Assembly: GCA_963693365.1 (NCBI GenBank)
Contig: CAVNZM010000007.1
Coordinates: 3,529,462 to 3,593,461, forward strand
Reading direction: 5' to 3'
Origin: Amoebidium appalachense
Taxonomy: Eukaryota; Protista; Ichthyosporea
Length of the DNA stretch: 64,000 bases
A program made the translations under genes and the position numbers. Under the pieces are notes generated by a model. The model was not told the origin of the DNA. It saw only the letters and a program-made list of their open reading frames with translations, and did no database searches. Shown here one piece after another: positions 62,863-64,000 of this stretch (position 1 is the stretch's first letter; each line of letters opens with the position of its first letter).

Positions 62863-63707
62863 TCAGGTGACATTTTGGTGGCTAACCTTAAATAAAGTTG
62901 TTCCCCCTCCTCCTGAGTCACCTTTCGAGCCGGCATCCTCCTTTTGGGTAATAAGAGAGACCTCTATACTACCAATCTCATTAGTGAAACTACCGGCAGA
63001 AACACCTGACCTAATCACTATATGCTCGATGCCCGGATTCACTAATTCTATTTCTATCGTCTTATCCGGCCATACCCTACTAAGGGTCCATTGAGCCACC
63101 TCCTGAAATGGGGTTTTCGGAGTGGAAACCCCTAAATCCCCTATCCTAACATGATTGCCGGCCCGGACACGTACCGTTTGGCACTGATAAGGCTCGAATA
63201 CTACTTCAGCTACCGTTCTAGCACCTGACTGATAACCGTCGAGCCCATCATGGGTTTTAATTTTAACGCCGGACTGCAATTCTAAAACATTCGTACGTTC
63301 AAACAAAGCATTCACATGTATACGGAAGAATGGGGCTCCCAACAACACACTTTGAGCTAAATCCTTAACCACATATGTACATAACAAGCAATATGCATAG
63401 CCTGGCCACCTATCTCACACGGCAACACACAAACACCTTCAACAGACATACTATTATTATTAACACTACCTAAGGCCGTGCTAGAAGCATCTACAATAGG
63501 AATCTCCCCCCGGGCCTGATTACAACGACGAATAAATGAAGCATGCACACAATTAAACTGAGCACCTCCATCGAGCAAAGCAACAGCCTTCAACTTACCA
63601 TCAGCTAACCATACGTCTATATAATGCCGGCTAAAACCAAATAAATCCTCCTCCAATTCGAGCAACACATCATCACTCACACCCAGACCCTGCCCACGAA
63701 GACTCAC
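62863..63707 (-). pseudogene. Gypsy-like aspartic protease plus downstream spacer, frameshifted fragment
   Basis: ALLDGGAQFNCV...VLLGAPFF retropepsin motifs; no RT follows. Confidence 0.7.
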
Positions 63708-63847
63708 ACCCTCGATACCTACGTGCCACCACGCCCACGACCGCTGGTGTTTGAGTGTAAACTACTAAGCGGTTGTGTTTCTGACGTCTAGTGTGTGAAC
63801 CTGTGGTATCTGTGTGTGTATGGAGCTATCCTCCGCTGCCAACGCGT

Positions 63848-64000
63848 AGTCGCACACATCGATTCAGTCGCACACATCGATTCAGTCGCACACATCGATT
63901 CAGTCGCACACATCGATTCAGTCGCACACATCGATTCAGTCGCACACATCGATTCAGTCGCACACATCGATTCAGTCGCACACATCGATTCAGTCGCACA
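63848..64000 (+). repeat. Perfect 18-bp tandem array (AGTCGCACACATCGATTC, at least 8.5 units), probable 5' end of another LINE copy
   Basis: Same unit, reverse-complemented, forms the LINE 5' tip at 50420-50446. Confidence 0.9.

Noticed and set aside
63788-63985. (MCATES)n ORF or CRISPR-like array
   Set aside because: Spacer-less perfect 18-bp tandem repeat; the ORF is a by-product

Overview
Eukaryotic, gene-poor window made almost entirely of transposable elements, long C/G homopolymers and (CA)n/(GA)n microsatellites. It holds several copies of a tyrosine-recombinase (Ngaro-type, split-direct-repeat) retrotransposon, two related Copia LTR families (one young full-length copy, one full-length copy, one non-autonomous derivative, one split solo LTR), three copies of an APE+RT LINE plus the probable 5' end of a fourth, a Mutator-like transposase remnant, a Gypsy-like protease fragment and a tRNA-like cassette. 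Target-site duplications (TSDs) show a nested stack spanning about 16-61 kb: MULE-like gene > Ngaro > Copia solo LTR > Ngaro > Copia > LINE. The most unusual signals are (i) Copia-2 LTRs whose last 27 bp differ systematically between the PBS-side and chromosome-side copy, (ii) half-tRNA(iMet)-type PBSs whose anticodon-facing triplet varies together with a U5 hairpin partner, (iii) a LINE with an 18-bp tandem 5' monomer and a fixed non-poly(A) 3' end, and (iv) a putative splice acceptor in front of the ATG-less recombinase ORF. All comparisons were made by eye, and many frameshifts lie in homopolymers and may be assembly errors.
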